From IMG/VR virus record IMGVR_UViG_2061766007_004337: 59,260 nucleotides of DNA; one strand, given 5' to 3'. Below, piece by piece: positions 46,192 through 57,840 of this stretch. Made by a program: the position numbers and the translations under genes. Positions within the stretch are counted from its first letter, which is position 1, and each line of letters starts with the position of its first letter. The notes beneath the pieces are model-generated. The model was given only the letters and a program-made list of their open reading frames with translations, made no database searches and was not told the DNA's origin. This stretch comes from an uncultured virus (IMG/VR IMGVR_UViG_2061766007_004337). Its lineage: Duplodnaviria; Heunggongvirae; Uroviricota; Caudoviricetes.

Positions 46192-46195
46192 TCTT

Positions 46196-46747
46196 TCATC
46201 CTTTCCTGGCGCGGAGAAGCCGCTCCATAACATCGTCCTGGGGAGTGGGGCCGCTCCATTCAACAGAGCAGTTCTCCTTCACTATCTGGTAGATCTGGTA
46301 CCAGAGCTGATTACACTGTTTGGCGTAGTCCCGGGAGATGGCCACATACGGCGACGTCATCGCGCCTCCGGTCGTGGGATGCTTCGCCAGGAAGCCGAAC
46401 TCGCTGATGGCGGTTTCGCACTGGATCCATCGGGCGCCCGCCATGGCGTACTGCTCGATAAGCAGAGGCCCGACGTACTGGTCGCACTTCCTCGCACGGA
46501 GCCAGTTCCATACTTCCTCGTACAGTTCTTCGGCGCAGAAGTCCCTGCCGTCTTTCTGCCTGGCCTTGAGATACTCCTTCGCCGGCGGCATGTCCGCACC
46601 GAGGAGGCCCTCAGCCGCATCGCCGAAGTCTATGACCGTCAGCTCGTGCCCTCCGGGGTTGCCGGAAACAACGCGCTCGGTCAGCGCCTTCTTTTTTGGC
46701 CCTGTGCCGGGCCTCGCGCCGCCGCGCATCGTGCCGTCCTTGGCCAT
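46196..46747 (-). CDS. terS: Terminase small subunit (P27-like)
   Basis: RGGARPGTG, HPTTG...SPYV, DDVMERLL. Confidence 0.85.
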   Translation of the reverse strand: MAKDGTMRGGARPGTGPKKKALTERVVSGNPGGHELTVIDFGDAAEGLLGADMPPAKEYLKARQKDGRDFCAEELYEEVWNWLRARKCDQYVGPLLIEQYAMAGARWIQCETAISEFGFLAKHPTTGGAMTSPYVAISRDYAKQCNQLWYQIYQIVKENCSVEWSGPTPQDDVMERLLRARKG

Positions 46748-46861
46748 TGTTTCACCTCATTTCGGGGACCCTGGGCTATCCCCACGTTTGAACAGGAATT
46801 TTTGCGTAAAAGGCCCCGCGCCGTTCCCCTAGGGGACCCTCAACAGAGATTTTGACCGCCC

Positions 46862-47204
46862 CTACCGGGCAGCCGAGTGAGGCAGTCTCGTGCCCAGCTC
46901 AGCGTGACGCTTCTGATGACATGAACGGCAGAGCGCGACAAGATTACGCCTGTCATGCGTGCCGCCGTCCGACAGCGGAACGATATGGTGGACCTCTTCG
47001 GCCTCTTTCAGAACGCCGTTGGCATAGCAGTCCTCACAGAGCGGATGCTTCCTGATATACGAGTCTCTGATCCGCTTCCACGCCCGGCCGTATTTCTTTC
47101 TGTCAGTCGGGCGCTGGTATTTGTTATAGAACTGTTCAGCCTGCTTTCTGTGCTCGGAGCAGTACTGCTCGCCGGGCTCCGCCAGGTTGGGGCAGCCGTT
47201 CATG
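46862..47204 (-). CDS. HNH endonuclease, partial variant copy (truncated at gap)
   Basis: Near-identical to 47247-47618. Confidence 0.6.
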
Positions 47205-47246
47205 NNNNNNNNNNACAGGGGACCCTCAACAGAGATTTTGACCGCC

Positions 47247-47618
47247 CTACCGGTCTGCCGAGTGAGGCAGCCTCGTGCCCAGCTCAGCGTGACGCATCTG
47301 ATGACACGAACGGCAGAGCGCGACAAGATTGCGCCTGTCATGCGTGCCGCCGTCCGACAGCGGAACGATGTGGTGGACCTCTTCTGCCTCTTTCAGAACG
47401 CCGTTGGCGTAGCAGTCCTCACAGAGAGGGTGCTTCCTGATATACGCGTCTCTGATCCGCTTCCACGCCCGGCCGTATTTCTTCCTGTCAGTCGGGCGCT
47501 GGTATCTGTTGTAGAATTGTTCGGCCTGCTTTTTATGCGCGGAGCAGTACTGCTCGCCGGGCTCCGCCAGGTTGGGGCAGCCGTTCATGCGGCACGGACG
47601 CCGCGGACTGTGTGGCAT
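47247..47618 (-). CDS. Packaging-associated HNH endonuclease
   Basis: HPLCEDC...EVHHIVPL..GGTH...NL..LC..CH. Confidence 0.9.
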   Translation of the reverse strand: MPHSPRRPCRMNGCPNLAEPGEQYCSAHKKQAEQFYNRYQRPTDRKKYGRAWKRIRDAYIRKHPLCEDCYANGVLKEAEEVHHIVPLSDGGTHDRRNLVALCRSCHQMRHAELGTRLPHSADR

Positions 47619-47694
47619 CGGATTGACTTCCTTCCTGAGCTGTGGTATATTTCTGCCCGTTGTGCTATCAGCCTTATGGCGGGGAGATGATTTC

Positions 47695-47883
47695 ATGCTG
47701 ATCGATAAGCTGGACGATTGGAGCGCGCTGACTCCTGAGCAGAAGAAGCGTCGATTGTTTGAGCGGCAGAAGGCTACGCTCGACGCTTTTCTCGAACGCC
47801 GCGCCATCAGCAAAGCCGAGTATGATAAAAGCCTTCACGACATGACTGTAAAAATGGGCTATGCCGATAGCGATAACGCTTGA
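47695..47883 (+). CDS. Small hypothetical protein (moron)
   Basis: TTGACT-17-TATATT promoter at 47623-47651, GGGGAG RBS. Confidence 0.65.
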   Translation: MLIDKLDDWSALTPEQKKRRLFERQKATLDAFLERRAISKAEYDKSLHDMTVKMGYADSDNA

Positions 47884-47908
47884 CATTTAACGCGAGACGT
47901 TATATAAT
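47880..47908 (+). promoter_or_regulatory. higBA promoter with operator
   Basis: Perfect TTGACA-17-TATAAT; palindrome TAACG-N5-CGTTA in the spacer. Confidence 0.85.
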
Positions 47909-47941
47909 CTCCTCAGTCAACAGAGAAAGGGTGCAGTGCAT

Positions 47942-48220
47942 TTGATCAAATCATTTTCAAATAAAGAAACAGCATCCCTTTTCAACACCGGTCATTCCAG
48001 GATTTTCAGCAATATAGAGCGTATTGCCCTGCGCAAGCTGGACATGATAAATGCCGCGGTCAATGTAGAAACGCTCAAAGTCCCGCCCGGAAACAGGCTG
48101 GAAGCTCTTAAAGGGAACCGCCAGGGTCAATACAGCATAAGAATAAATGACCAGTGGCGCATATGCTTTAAGTGGGAAGGCCGCGATGCATATGATGTTG
48201 AAATCGTCGATTATCACTGA
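47942..48220 (+). CDS. higB: HigB (RelE/ParE-family) toxin
   Basis: PPGNRLEALKG.R.GQYSIRINDQWRICF...VEIVDYH. Confidence 0.93.
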   Translation: MIKSFSNKETASLFNTGHSRIFSNIERIALRKLDMINAAVNVETLKVPPGNRLEALKGNRQGQYSIRINDQWRICFKWEGRDAYDVEIVDYH

Positions 48221-48231
48221 TTGGAGGAGAA

Positions 48232-48531
48232 ATGATGAGAACTGAAAACTTGATTCATCCCGGAGAGATCCTTCGTGAGGAGTTTATGGTTCCCATGGGG
48301 ATTTCCCAGAATAAGCTGGCTATTGAACTTCGCATTCCCGTAACCAGGGTGGGCGAGATCGTTAACGAGCGCCGCGGAATCTCTGCGGATACAGCCGTGC
48401 GCCTCGGCATTTTCTTCGGAACCGGTCCGGAATTTTGGACGAACCTCCAGTCGAACTATGACCTCGGTATGGCAATGAAAAAGAATAAGGCGGAGTTTTC
48501 AACGATTCGCGCCTTTGCCCCAGCAATCTGA
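48232..48531 (+). CDS. higA: HigA antitoxin
   Basis: HPGEILREEF...ISADTAVRL..FFGT..EFW.NLQ..YDL. Confidence 0.93.
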   Translation: MMRTENLIHPGEILREEFMVPMGISQNKLAIELRIPVTRVGEIVNERRGISADTAVRLGIFFGTGPEFWTNLQSNYDLGMAMKKNKAEFSTIRAFAPAI

Positions 48532-48553
48532 ACTCAGCAAGGAGTGACTGCAA

Positions 48554-48739
48554 ATGGACAAATTCGTCCCGTATGAGAAGCTGTCGAAAAAGAAAAAAAG
48601 GCAGCTTGCTGCCGAAAAGCGCGGCTCATGGCATGGGATCAATCCTGTGACCCGGAAGCCGGCTAACCCAAAAGCATATGACCGCAGAAAAGCACGGAAG
48701 TGGGAGTTTGATGATTCCACCGCCGTGCTTTCTGCATAA
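48554..48739 (+). CDS. Small basic hypothetical protein
   Basis: AAGGAG RBS; followed by hairpin CCCTCGC..GCGAGGG. Confidence 0.65.
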   Translation: MDKFVPYEKLSKKKKRQLAAEKRGSWHGINPVTRKPANPKAYDRRKARKWEFDDSTAVLSA

Positions 48740-48829
48740 TAAAACCCTCGCAGGATGCTGTCCCGCGAGGGCTGCTTTCATTGTGGCCAGTGTAATACTA
48801 CCATAAGGCAAAGGTATCATTCCATGCCT

Positions 48830-49589
48830 TCAGGTATCCTCTTTCAGAATCTCATCGCAGAAATCCAGCGCTGAGGAGTGGACCTTATAAAGGTAGTGAA
48901 GGCTGTAGCCCATGTCGATCGCGATCTGCTCCCAAGCCTGGAAGCAAAGATAACGTTTCTCCAGAACTGTCTGCTGTTCCGGGCTCGGCACCTTCTTGAT
49001 CATGGCGGTGATGTCCCGCTTCAGATCGACCAGCGCGTCAATGTCGGCGTTGATCTCCGTCTGCAGGTCCACGATTTTTATGACGCATTCCGCCATAGCT
49101 GATCTGCCGTGATTGGGGTTGTGCGGCATGCCTGTCAGTGCGGACGTCGCGTGGGTGGCCAACTCGTTCAGATCCGTNNNNNNNNNNGATGTCATCGCAG
49201 AAATCCAGCGCTGAGGAATGAACCTTATAAAGGTAATGAAGGCTGTAGCCCATATCGATCGCGATCTGCTCCCAGGGCTGGAAGCAGAGGTATCGCTTCT
49301 CCAGAACAGTTTGCTGTTCCGGGCTCGGCACTTTCTTGATCATTGCCGTGATATCCCGCTTCAGATCGACCAGCGCGTCAATGTCAGCGTTGATCTCTGC
49401 CTGCAGGTCGACTATCTTTATGACGCATTCCGCCATAGCCGATCTGCCGTGATTGGGGTTGTGCGGCATGCCCGTCAGTGCGGATGTCGCGTGGGTGGCC
49501 AACTCGTTCAGATCCGTAAGCTGACGAAGCTTGGCGTTGATCCTGGTATCCAGATAGCGGGCCTGTGACAGGTATTCTTTTGCTTTCAT
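48830..49589 (-). CDS. DUF1492/ArpU-RinA-like late transcriptional activator (two variant copies joined at a gap)
   Basis: MKAKEYLSQA...LEKRYL....WEQIA.DMGYS. Confidence 0.75.
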
Positions 49590-49804
49590 AGGCATTTCTC
49601 CTCTCTGAGCTTTTCCAAAAGAGCCTCTCCGTCGAGCTTCGTGAGCATAGCAAACCATTCCGAACGGAAGAAGCTTTCTATTTCGTTAATCGTGCGCAGG
49701 TCGCTGTGTGCCCGGTAGTCGTTCACTGCCTGCAGGATGATGGCGTTTGCCAGCAGCTGCTCCGGGGGCAGGTCCGCGTTGCGGCCGGTTGCTACGCTTT
49801 TCAC
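49586..49804 (-). CDS. Hypothetical phage protein
   Basis: LANAIILQAVNDYR...FFRS.WF..LT..DGE; paralog near 56.3 kb. Confidence 0.6.
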   Translation of the reverse strand: MKSVATGRNADLPPEQLLANAIILQAVNDYRAHSDLRTINEIESFFRSEWFAMLTKLDGEALLEKLREEKCL

Positions 49805-49887
49805 GGCGGCGTCTCCTTTCTTCAGCTTCTATCTTTTTGAAAACCGCGAAGGCTGTCGGGTCGGCGTAGTGCTCACGGTTATAATAG

Positions 49888-50289
49888 TCAGCCATGATCC
49901 AAAGCCTCGATCTCTATGTAGATACCCGAAGGTTCATCAGACCACCGCTTCTCAACGATCTCCCGGACGACCTGGGCGTCATCCTTCCAGAACCCGAGAC
50001 GGGTCATGCAGTCCTTCAGCATTTTCTGAAGGTTGTCCGTGTCCGGCCGGGTGACGCGCCATTCGCCGTTCCTGTGAGTCTTGCCCTTCGGAAACAGCCA
50101 CAGCGTTCTGAGTGAGATCGGACCATCAAGCGGCTTTGCCGGGGCGTGCTGCCCCAGGTATCCGGAGAGCTGCGCCTTAGCTGTCTTCACCGGGGCGGGG
50201 TCGTAGAAGACCGGCTTGCCGCGGACGACACGCACCTGCTTCTCCTGAGCGGTCACTGTCGGCGGCTTCATTGCAATAAAAAAATCCAT
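49888..50289 (-). CDS. rusA: RusA-family Holliday junction resolvase
   Basis: RPDTDNLQK.LKD...WKDDAQV...K. Confidence 0.88.
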   Translation of the reverse strand: MDFFIAMKPPTVTAQEKQVRVVRGKPVFYDPAPVKTAKAQLSGYLGQHAPAKPLDGPISLRTLWLFPKGKTHRNGEWRVTRPDTDNLQKMLKDCMTRLGFWKDDAQVVREIVEKRWSDEPSGIYIEIEALDHG

Positions 50290-50460
50290 GTTGGATGCTC
50301 CTTTCCAAATCTGGCGGAAAAGCGGATGTTCCTGTTCCTCTATGGGGAAGGGCGGGCGTTGAGCCCTTCCCGCATAGGGAACGGGGCGCGGAACGAAAAT
50401 TATTATTTATAATGCCTATTTCCGTTTCCGGAACGGAACGGAAATCAGTCCCGTTTTCCG

Positions 50461-50840
50461 TCATTGTTTATTCGGGAAACGACGCCCTGATAAAGAGAGT
50501 AATCGTCGGGGAATTCTTTGACGCGATCGCGAACACAGCGATCTGAAAGTCCGAGATACTCCGCCATATCCTTCACGAGAACGGGCCCGCCTATATTGCA
50601 GGCGTCAAACGCGGTATCCAGCGAAGTCCTGCGGTCTTCCTGCGTCGTATACTTTTTGCTTTTTTTGAGGTTCGCCTGCGGGCTCCCGGCGGGATACGCT
50701 TTGTCGAGCTCACCGCGGGTCGCCGTTCTGTGTATGGGATACTCAAACCAGAAATTGACCGGCCTGATGTTGGGGAACTCGCGGAGAGAAGATTCAAGCC
50801 TCCAGGCGGTCGCGTTTCCGTCACGGACATAGTTCTGAAT
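50461..50840 (-). CDS. C-terminal fragment of AAA_25 primase-helicase
   Basis: WRLESSLREF...NFWFEYPIH plus a C-terminal HTH; cut by a gap. Confidence 0.65.
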
Positions 50841-50850
50841 NNNNNNNNNN

Positions 50851-51072
50851 TGCCGCCGGGATCCACGTCGTCATTACCGCTCATGCCAAGATGCGGAAGT
50901 TTGAGCAGCCCGATGAGATGGGTGCCTATGACCGCTGGGAAATGAAGCTGAGCAAGCAGACGGCACCGCTGCTCAAGGAATGGTGCGACATGCTGCTCTT
51001 CTGCAACTACCAGACTTTCGTAGTCACCGCGGATAACGACACGAAAAAGGCTCAGGGCGGAAAGCGCGTCAT
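50851..51072 (+). CDS. Fragment of a phage AAA_24 NTP-binding protein
   Basis: AH...EQPDEMGAYDRWEMKL...KEWCD. Confidence 0.65.
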
Positions 51073-51483
51073 NNNNNNNNNNNNNNNNNNNNNNNNNNNN
51101 NNNNNNNNNNNNNNNNNNNNNNNNNNNNNNNNNNNNNNNNNNNNNNNNNNNNNNNNNNNNNNNNNNNNNNNNNNNNNNNNNNNNNNNNAAGACCGACGAT
51201 GGCATTGCCAGCATCCGCACGGACCTGATCCTGAACCGGCTGCTGGAGTGGCGCATCTCCGCTTTCTTCCGCTGCATCGGCCAGAAGAANNNNNNNNNNN
51301 NNNNNNNNNNNNNNNNNNNNNNNNNNNNNNNNNNNNNNNNNNNNNNNNNNNNNNNNNNNNNNNNNNNNNNNNNNNNNNNNNNNNNNNNNNNATTTCTTCC
51401 CTCCGGAGCGTGTGCGTATGGCGGAGCTCTCCGGGGAGGATGACGAACTCCCTTTTGAGTTCAAGCAGTAAAGGAGCCGCGCC

Positions 51484-52836
51484 ATGTATCAGCTTCGCCC
51501 TTATCAGGTCGAGGCTAAGGACGCGATCCTGCAGGCGTGGGACGAGGGGCAGCGCAAAACGCTCCTCGTCCTGCCGACCGGCTGCGGAAAGACGATCGTT
51601 TTTTCCGCAGTCGCTCAGTCGCAGATCGACAAGGGTCACAGAATTCTCATCCTGGCTCACCGCGGAGAGCTTCTCTCTCAGGCCGCAGACAAGCTGAAGG
51701 ACGCCTTCGGCATAGATTCCGCTCTCGAAAAAGCGGAAAGCAGCAGCTTGGGCAGTATGTTTCCCGTCACCGTCGGATCTGTGCAAACGCTCTGCCAGGA
51801 CCGCAGACTTGCCCGGTTCCCCTCAGACTATTTTTCGGACGTTATCGTCGATGAAGCGCACCACTGCCTTTCGGACAGCTATCAGAAGGTGCTCAATCAT
51901 TTNNNNNNNNNNTGCGCTCTCTATCGCGGCTGAAGACCTGGCCAATTACGTGCCGTCCTTCGCCTGGGAGATGGGGCCTCCTTCGGAAAACCAGATCGCG
52001 TTTCTGGAGCGCAGGGGCATTTACGCCGGTTCAATCGAAAACATGGGCATGGCATCCATGATCATAGACAAGCTCAAGCGCCGTCAGGACGAGGGCCTTT
52101 CGACGCCGAAGCAGATCCGCTGCCTCGAACGCTACGGCTTCCGCCAGGTCGGGACNNNNNNNNNNGCGGCACGACCTCTGCAGACCGTCCGCGCTGATCA
52201 GCAGGGACGAGACGATCGCTCAGAAGATAGACCGCCAGATCATGCGCGACGGTGACAGCGTTGACCTGATCGAAGCCGAAGAGAAAGCGGAGCGCGATGT
52301 CCTGGCAGAGCGTGAAGCGGCGCTTGCGGAGCAGCTGGCTCTGATGCGCAAGAAGAAGGAAAAGCTGGTCGATCCCATACAGTANNNNNNNNNNACGCGA
52401 TGTCCTGGCAGAGCGTGAGGCGGCGCTTGCCGAGCAACTGGCTCTGATGCGCAAGAAGAAGGAAAAGCTGGTCGATCCCATACAGTACGCGCTCTCTATC
52501 GCAGCGGAAGACCTAGCCAATTACGTGCCGTCCTTCGCCTGGGAAATGGGGCCTCCTTCGGAAAACCAGATTGCGTTTCTGGAGCGCCGCGGCATTTACG
52601 CCGGTTCCATCGAAAACATGGGTATGGCCTCAATGATCATAGACAAGCTCAAGCGCCGCCAAGACGAGGGGCTGTCAACACCGAAGCAGATCCGCTGCCT
52701 CGAACGCTACGGCTTCCGCCAGGTCGGGACATGGCAGTTTGAGGAGGCTAGCAGGATGATCTCCCGGCTGGCAAATAACAAATGGCGTCTGCCATATGGG
52801 TACAACGCCGCGGCTTATGTGCCCGGAAGGAGTTAA
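51484..52836 (+). CDS. DEAD/DEAH helicase, fragmented and duplicated across gaps
   Basis: LRPYQ, PTGCGKT, DEAHH; the middle part lies inverted at 55083-55410. Confidence 0.75.
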
Positions 52837-52839
52837 TAC

Positions 52840-55072
52840 ATGGACAACAGCATTCTCTCGGCACTGAAGGTGCTGAACGTGGCGGAGATGACCCGGGCGG
52901 AGTGGGTCTCGGTCGGCATGGCGCTGAAAGAGGAAGGCTACCCCTGCTCTGTCTGGGATGATTGGAGCCGCAACGACGCCCGGTATCACGCCGGCGAGTG
53001 TGAAAAGGTCTGGGCGAGCTTTCGCGGCAGCAAGTCTCCGGTAAAGGGCGGGACCATCATTCAGATGGCAAGAGAGCGCGGCTGGACGCCGTTCTCCGGC
53101 GAGGACGCCTGTATGGACTGGGANNNNNNNNNNATGGGTCTCGGTCGGAATGGCACTGAAAGAGGAAGGCTACCCCTGCTCAGTCTGGGATGATTGGAGC
53201 CGCAACGATGCCCGGTATCACGCCGGCGAATGTGAAAAGGTCTGGGCGAGCTTTCGCGGCAGCAAGTCTCCGGTAAAGGGNNNNNNNNNNTCCCAGCAAG
53301 GGTGTATACGACCGAACCGCCGGTGAGCTTATCCGCAGTCTGCAAAAGCACCCGAAGGATATCGGCTACACGATCGGAGACTGGAAGCCGGAGGCCGGCG
53401 CTTGGATCCGCTTTAATCCCCTCGATGGCGAAGGCGTCCGAAATGAGAACGTCACAAAGTTCCGCTATGCCCTCGTTGAGTCGGATACACTGCCGATCTC
53501 AGAGCAGAACGCTTTGCTCCGTAAGCTGGAGCTGCCGNNNNNNNNNNTGCGCCGATCGAATACGACGGCGACGGCGGCGGTTCCTTCACCGGCTTCACGG
53601 TTCCCGAAAAGACTCCGACCGAAGAGCTCATCGCTTATCTGGAGGCACTGTTCGACAGCGACGACCGGGTCGGGTACGTCAGCAATGACGCCTGGCAGAA
53701 TCAGGACGGGAAATGGGTGCCCAGCAAGGGTGTATACGACCGAACGGCCGGTGAGCTTATCCGCAGCCTACAGAAGCATCCGAAGGATATCGGCTACACG
53801 ATCGGAGACTGGAAGCCTGAGGCAGGCGCCTGGATACGCTTTAATCCCCTCGACGGTGAGGGCGTCCGAAATGAGAACGTCACAAAGTTCCGCTTTGCCC
53901 TCGTTGAGTCGGATACGCTGCCGATCTCAGAGCAGAACGCTTTGCTCCGTAAGCTGGAACTGCCGATCGCCGCTCTGGTGCACAGCGGAGGCAAGAGCCT
54001 ACACGCCATCGTGCACATCGACGCTGAAGACTACGACGAGTACCGGAAGCGCGTGGAGTTTCTGTACGACTTCATGGAGAAGAACGGCGTCAGCATCGAC
54101 AAGCAGAACCGGAACCCCTCACGCCTCTCGCGCATGCCCGGAGTCACACGGAACGGCAACCGTCAGGCGCTGGTCGCCACCAATATCGGGCGCAAATCCT
54201 GGACTGACTGGATGGATTTCGTCGAAGGTGTCTCCGACGAGCTGCCGGAGATGGTATCGCTTTCCAACTATAAGGGCGCTCCGCCCAAGCTTCCGGAAGA
54301 ACTGATCTCGGGGATCCTGCGGCAGGGCCATAAGATGCTGATNNNNNNNNNNGGTCACACGGAACGGAAACCGTCAGGCGCTGGTCGCCACCAATATCGG
54401 ACGCAGATCCTGGACCGACTGGATGGATTTCGTCGAAGGCGTCTCCGACGAGCTGCCGGAGATGGTATCGCTTTCCGACTATAAGGGCGCTCCGCCCAAG
54501 CTGCCGGAAGAACTGATCTCGGGGATCCTGCGGCAGGGCCATAAGATGCTGATCTCCGGTTCGTCCAAGGCGGGAAAGTCCTTCCTGCTCATGGAGCTCT
54601 GTATCTCTATCGCGGAAGGCACCACCTGGCTCGGATTCCCCTGTAAGCGTGGCCGCGTTCTGTATGTCAACCTGGAGATCGACCCGGCGAGCTGCATCAA
54701 CCGCTTCCTCAAGATCTATGAGGGGCTCGGGCTCCCGATGAAGCACTCCGACAACATCGTGATATGGAACCTGCGCGGGCACGCCGTGCCGCTGGATCAG
54801 CTGGTGCCGAAGCTCATCCGCCGTGTGCGTGATCAGCACCTTGACGCGATCGTGATCGATCCCATTTACAAGGTCATCACCGGGGACGAAAACAACGCTT
54901 CGGAAATGGGCGCCTTCTGTAATCAGTTCGATAAGATCTGCACCGAGACCGGCTGCGCGACAATCTACTGTCATCATCACTCGAAGGGGATGCAGGGGCA
55001 GAAGAAAGCGATGGACCGCGCTTCCGGCAGCGGCGTGTTTGCCCGCGACCCGGACGCTCAGCTGGACATGAT
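52840..55072 (+). CDS. PriCT-2/primase + AAA_25 helicase, fragmented
   Basis: WVSVGMALK..WDDWS, HSGGKSLH, GSSKAGKS, IVIDPIYK. Confidence 0.75.
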
Positions 55073-55420
55073 NNNNNNNNNNGGCCCTTGCAGTAAGAAA
55101 CCATTGCGTCTGCGATCTGGCGGAGATACGGATCAAGAGCGCTGCCGATGTCGTTTACGGCAAAATCGCCGTTGCTGATGCCGACGCTGCCAAGGTCCAG
55201 TTTCAGCGGGATCATCTGCGCCTTGATCGGGCAGAGATAACCGTCCCGGATTGCGGAAGCCATGCTGTATTCGTAAGCCTTGCTGTCGAAGTACTCGCCG
55301 AGGTTCTTCTGATCTCCGCGATCGGGGGTGGCGGTAACGCCGAGGACATTGGCGCCGTCGAAATGATTGAGCACCTTCTGATAGCTGTCCGAAAGGCAGT
55401 GGTGCGCTTCNNNNNNNNNN

Positions 55421-55595
55421 AGGTGATCTCCCCGGCAACCGTCACATGATTATCTTTGATCAGCGTCTCGACAGCCACGCGGCTGTGCCTGTCATGCGAC
55501 AGGCAGTCAGACAGGATCGCGTCGGATATTTGGTCACAAATCTTGTCGGGATGCCCTGCGGACACCTGTTCGCTGGAAAACAGCATGTGTTTCAC
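55421..55595 (-). CDS. metK: N-terminal fragment of a second, canonical-type SAM synthetase
   Basis: [23 protein letters not shown]...RVAVE...GEIT. Confidence 0.75.
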
Positions 55596-55702
55596 TCCTG
55601 TTCATGGCATAAGAAAAACCCCACGGGAGTGTACCCGTGAGGCTCAAACCTGATTTTCTGATCATACCATATCACAGACGCCCTACTGGAAACAAGTGGA
55701 AT

Positions 55703-56128
55703 CTACTGGAAATTTTCAGTGAAATCAGGGACTTCGATCTCCTGCAGCGCCCGGGCATGCATCTTGAACACATTACTGGTTGTGCAGCCGAGTTCAGCCG
55801 CGATGTCTTCCCATGATTTCCCGCAGATATAATGCAGTTCGAGAATCGACTGGAGCTTCTGATCAGGCACAGCCTGAATCCGCTCCATGATCTCCCGCTT
55901 CAGATCCACGAGACGGTCAATGTCCCGGTTGATCTGTTCCTGCATGTCCACGATCTTTACAATCACATCCTCCATGGAGTGAGTGTTCCGGGTGCGGCAC
56001 ACAACCACGTCGCTCATGACGCTGGTCGTTTTCGTCGCCATCTCTTTCAGATTGCCGAGGATGGCAATCTTGCTGTCGATCCGGTGATCCAGGACTTCCA
56101 CCTGCCTCAAATACGTTTTTGCGTTCAT
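55703..56128 (-). CDS. Second DUF1492-like late activator
   Basis: MNAKTYLRQ...LELHY....WEDIAAEL. Confidence 0.75.
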   Translation of the reverse strand: MNAKTYLRQVEVLDHRIDSKIAILGNLKEMATKTTSVMSDVVVCRTRNTHSMEDVIVKIVDMQEQINRDIDRLVDLKREIMERIQAVPDQKLQSILELHYICGKSWEDIAAELGCTTSNVFKMHARALQEIEVPDFTENFQ

Positions 56129-57242
56129 CTGACAACCTCCTTCCGCANNNNNNNNNNTCGCACCCTTTTCCGGGCTTTCCTGTAATCCTCGACGGCTTTC
56201 AGGATTATNNNNNNNNNNGCCGCTCCAGCAGCATTTCTCCGTCCACATCTGTCAGCTGTGCAAACCACCATGAGCGGAAAAACTTCTCAACTTCACGAAT
56301 GGTCGCCTGCGCCGCTTTCTGATCAGGGAACGTCCGCACCCTTTTCCGGGCTTTCCTGTAATCCTCGACGGCTTTCAGGATTATGGCGTTCGACAGGTTT
56401 TCCCAGTTCCTCTGCATTCTTTTTCCTCCGATCTCTGCGTTCACGATTGCGCTGTTCCCTGCAAACACGGCCTATTGCCAAATCAGCCGTGGGGTTCCGG
56501 TAATATCCTCTCATGTGTCTTCTCCTTTCGATTGCTTGCATTTCCANNNNNNNNNNGACACGGCCTATTGCCATGTCAGCTGTGGGATCCCGGTAATATC
56601 CTCTCATGTGTCTTCTCCTTTCGATTGCTTGCATTTCCAGTCCAGATAGTCATAAATCGCCATCAGCACGCAGGTCGCCAGTGGATGATTCTTCCATGTG
56701 TACGACACCGCTGCCAGATCCTTGGCTGCCTGATTCCAGAAGGCAGCACACTCTTCTGTGCCCAGGGGCGGAGGATTAATGTGATCCCGTAGGAAGTAGA
56801 ATGCGTCCCGCATGATCCCGNNNNNNNNNNAACACGGCCTATTGCCAAATCAGCCGTGGGGTCCCTGTAATATCCTCTCATGTGTCTTCTCCTTTCGATT
56901 GCTTGCATTTCCAGTCCAGATAGTCATAAATCGCCATCAGCACACAGGTCGCCAGCGGATGATTCTTCCATGTGTACGACACTGCGGCGAGATCCTTGGC
57001 TGCCTGATTCCAGAAGGCAGCGCACTCATCTGTGCCAAGTGGCGGAGGATTAATGTGATCCCGCAGNNNNNNNNNNTGCCAGCGGATGATTCTTCCATGT
57101 GTACGACACTGCGGCGAGATCCTTGGCAGCCTGATTCCAGAAGGCGGCACACTCGTCTGTGCCAAGTGGCGGAGGGTTAATGTGATCCCGCAGGAAGTAA
57201 AATGCGTCCCGCATGATCCCGTTTTCNNNNNNNNNNCTTTCT

Positions 57243-57643
57243 TCAGGCGTCATTCAGACTCACCACCCTGATACGGATACCGGGCTTCTCCCGGCTCCAG
57301 CGTTTGGTCACATCCTCCCGGCACACCTGTGCGTCATCTCTCCAGAATCCGGTGCGGGTCATACAGTCCTTCAGCAGCTTCTGCAGGTTATCTGTGTCCG
57401 GCCTGGTCACCCGGTAGGTACCCTCCTTGTGTGTTTTTGTGGCGAACCGCCACTCAACTGTCAGGGCAACAGGCCCTTCAATCGGTTCCGCAGGCACATG
57501 CTGCCGGAGCAGGCTCTCAAATGCGGCACGGGCCGCTTTCAGTTTCGGGGTGTCATAAAACATCGGCCTCCCGCNNNNNNNNNNCGGATCTTGTGTTCCT
57601 GCGCCGTGACTGTCGGCGGGGCAATATCCAGATAGAATTCCAT
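57243..57643 (-). CDS. rusA: Second RusA-family resolvase (gap inside)
   Basis: RPDTDNLQKLLKD...WRDDAQV. Confidence 0.75.
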
Positions 57644-57840
57644 CTCGTTCTTCTCCTTTCATGGCGGCGGAGCTCCTTTTTGAGTTCAGGAGGCGGGCTG
57701 TTGTCGCATTAGCACCGTAGGGGTGGAAGGGCGGGCTTTTAGCCCTTCCACCTACCGGAGGATGCTAATCCGATGCCGTATGGCGGCGGAGGTATATGTA
57801 TATATANNNNNNNNNNNNNNNNNNNNNNNNNNNNNNNNNC

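Noticed and set aside
55212..55595. MetK-helicase fusion
   Set aside because: Joined across an N gap
56148..57236. Array-like repeats (CRISPR or tandem gene array)
   Set aside because: Overlapping variant fragments of the same small genes separated by N gaps; no repeat-spacer structure
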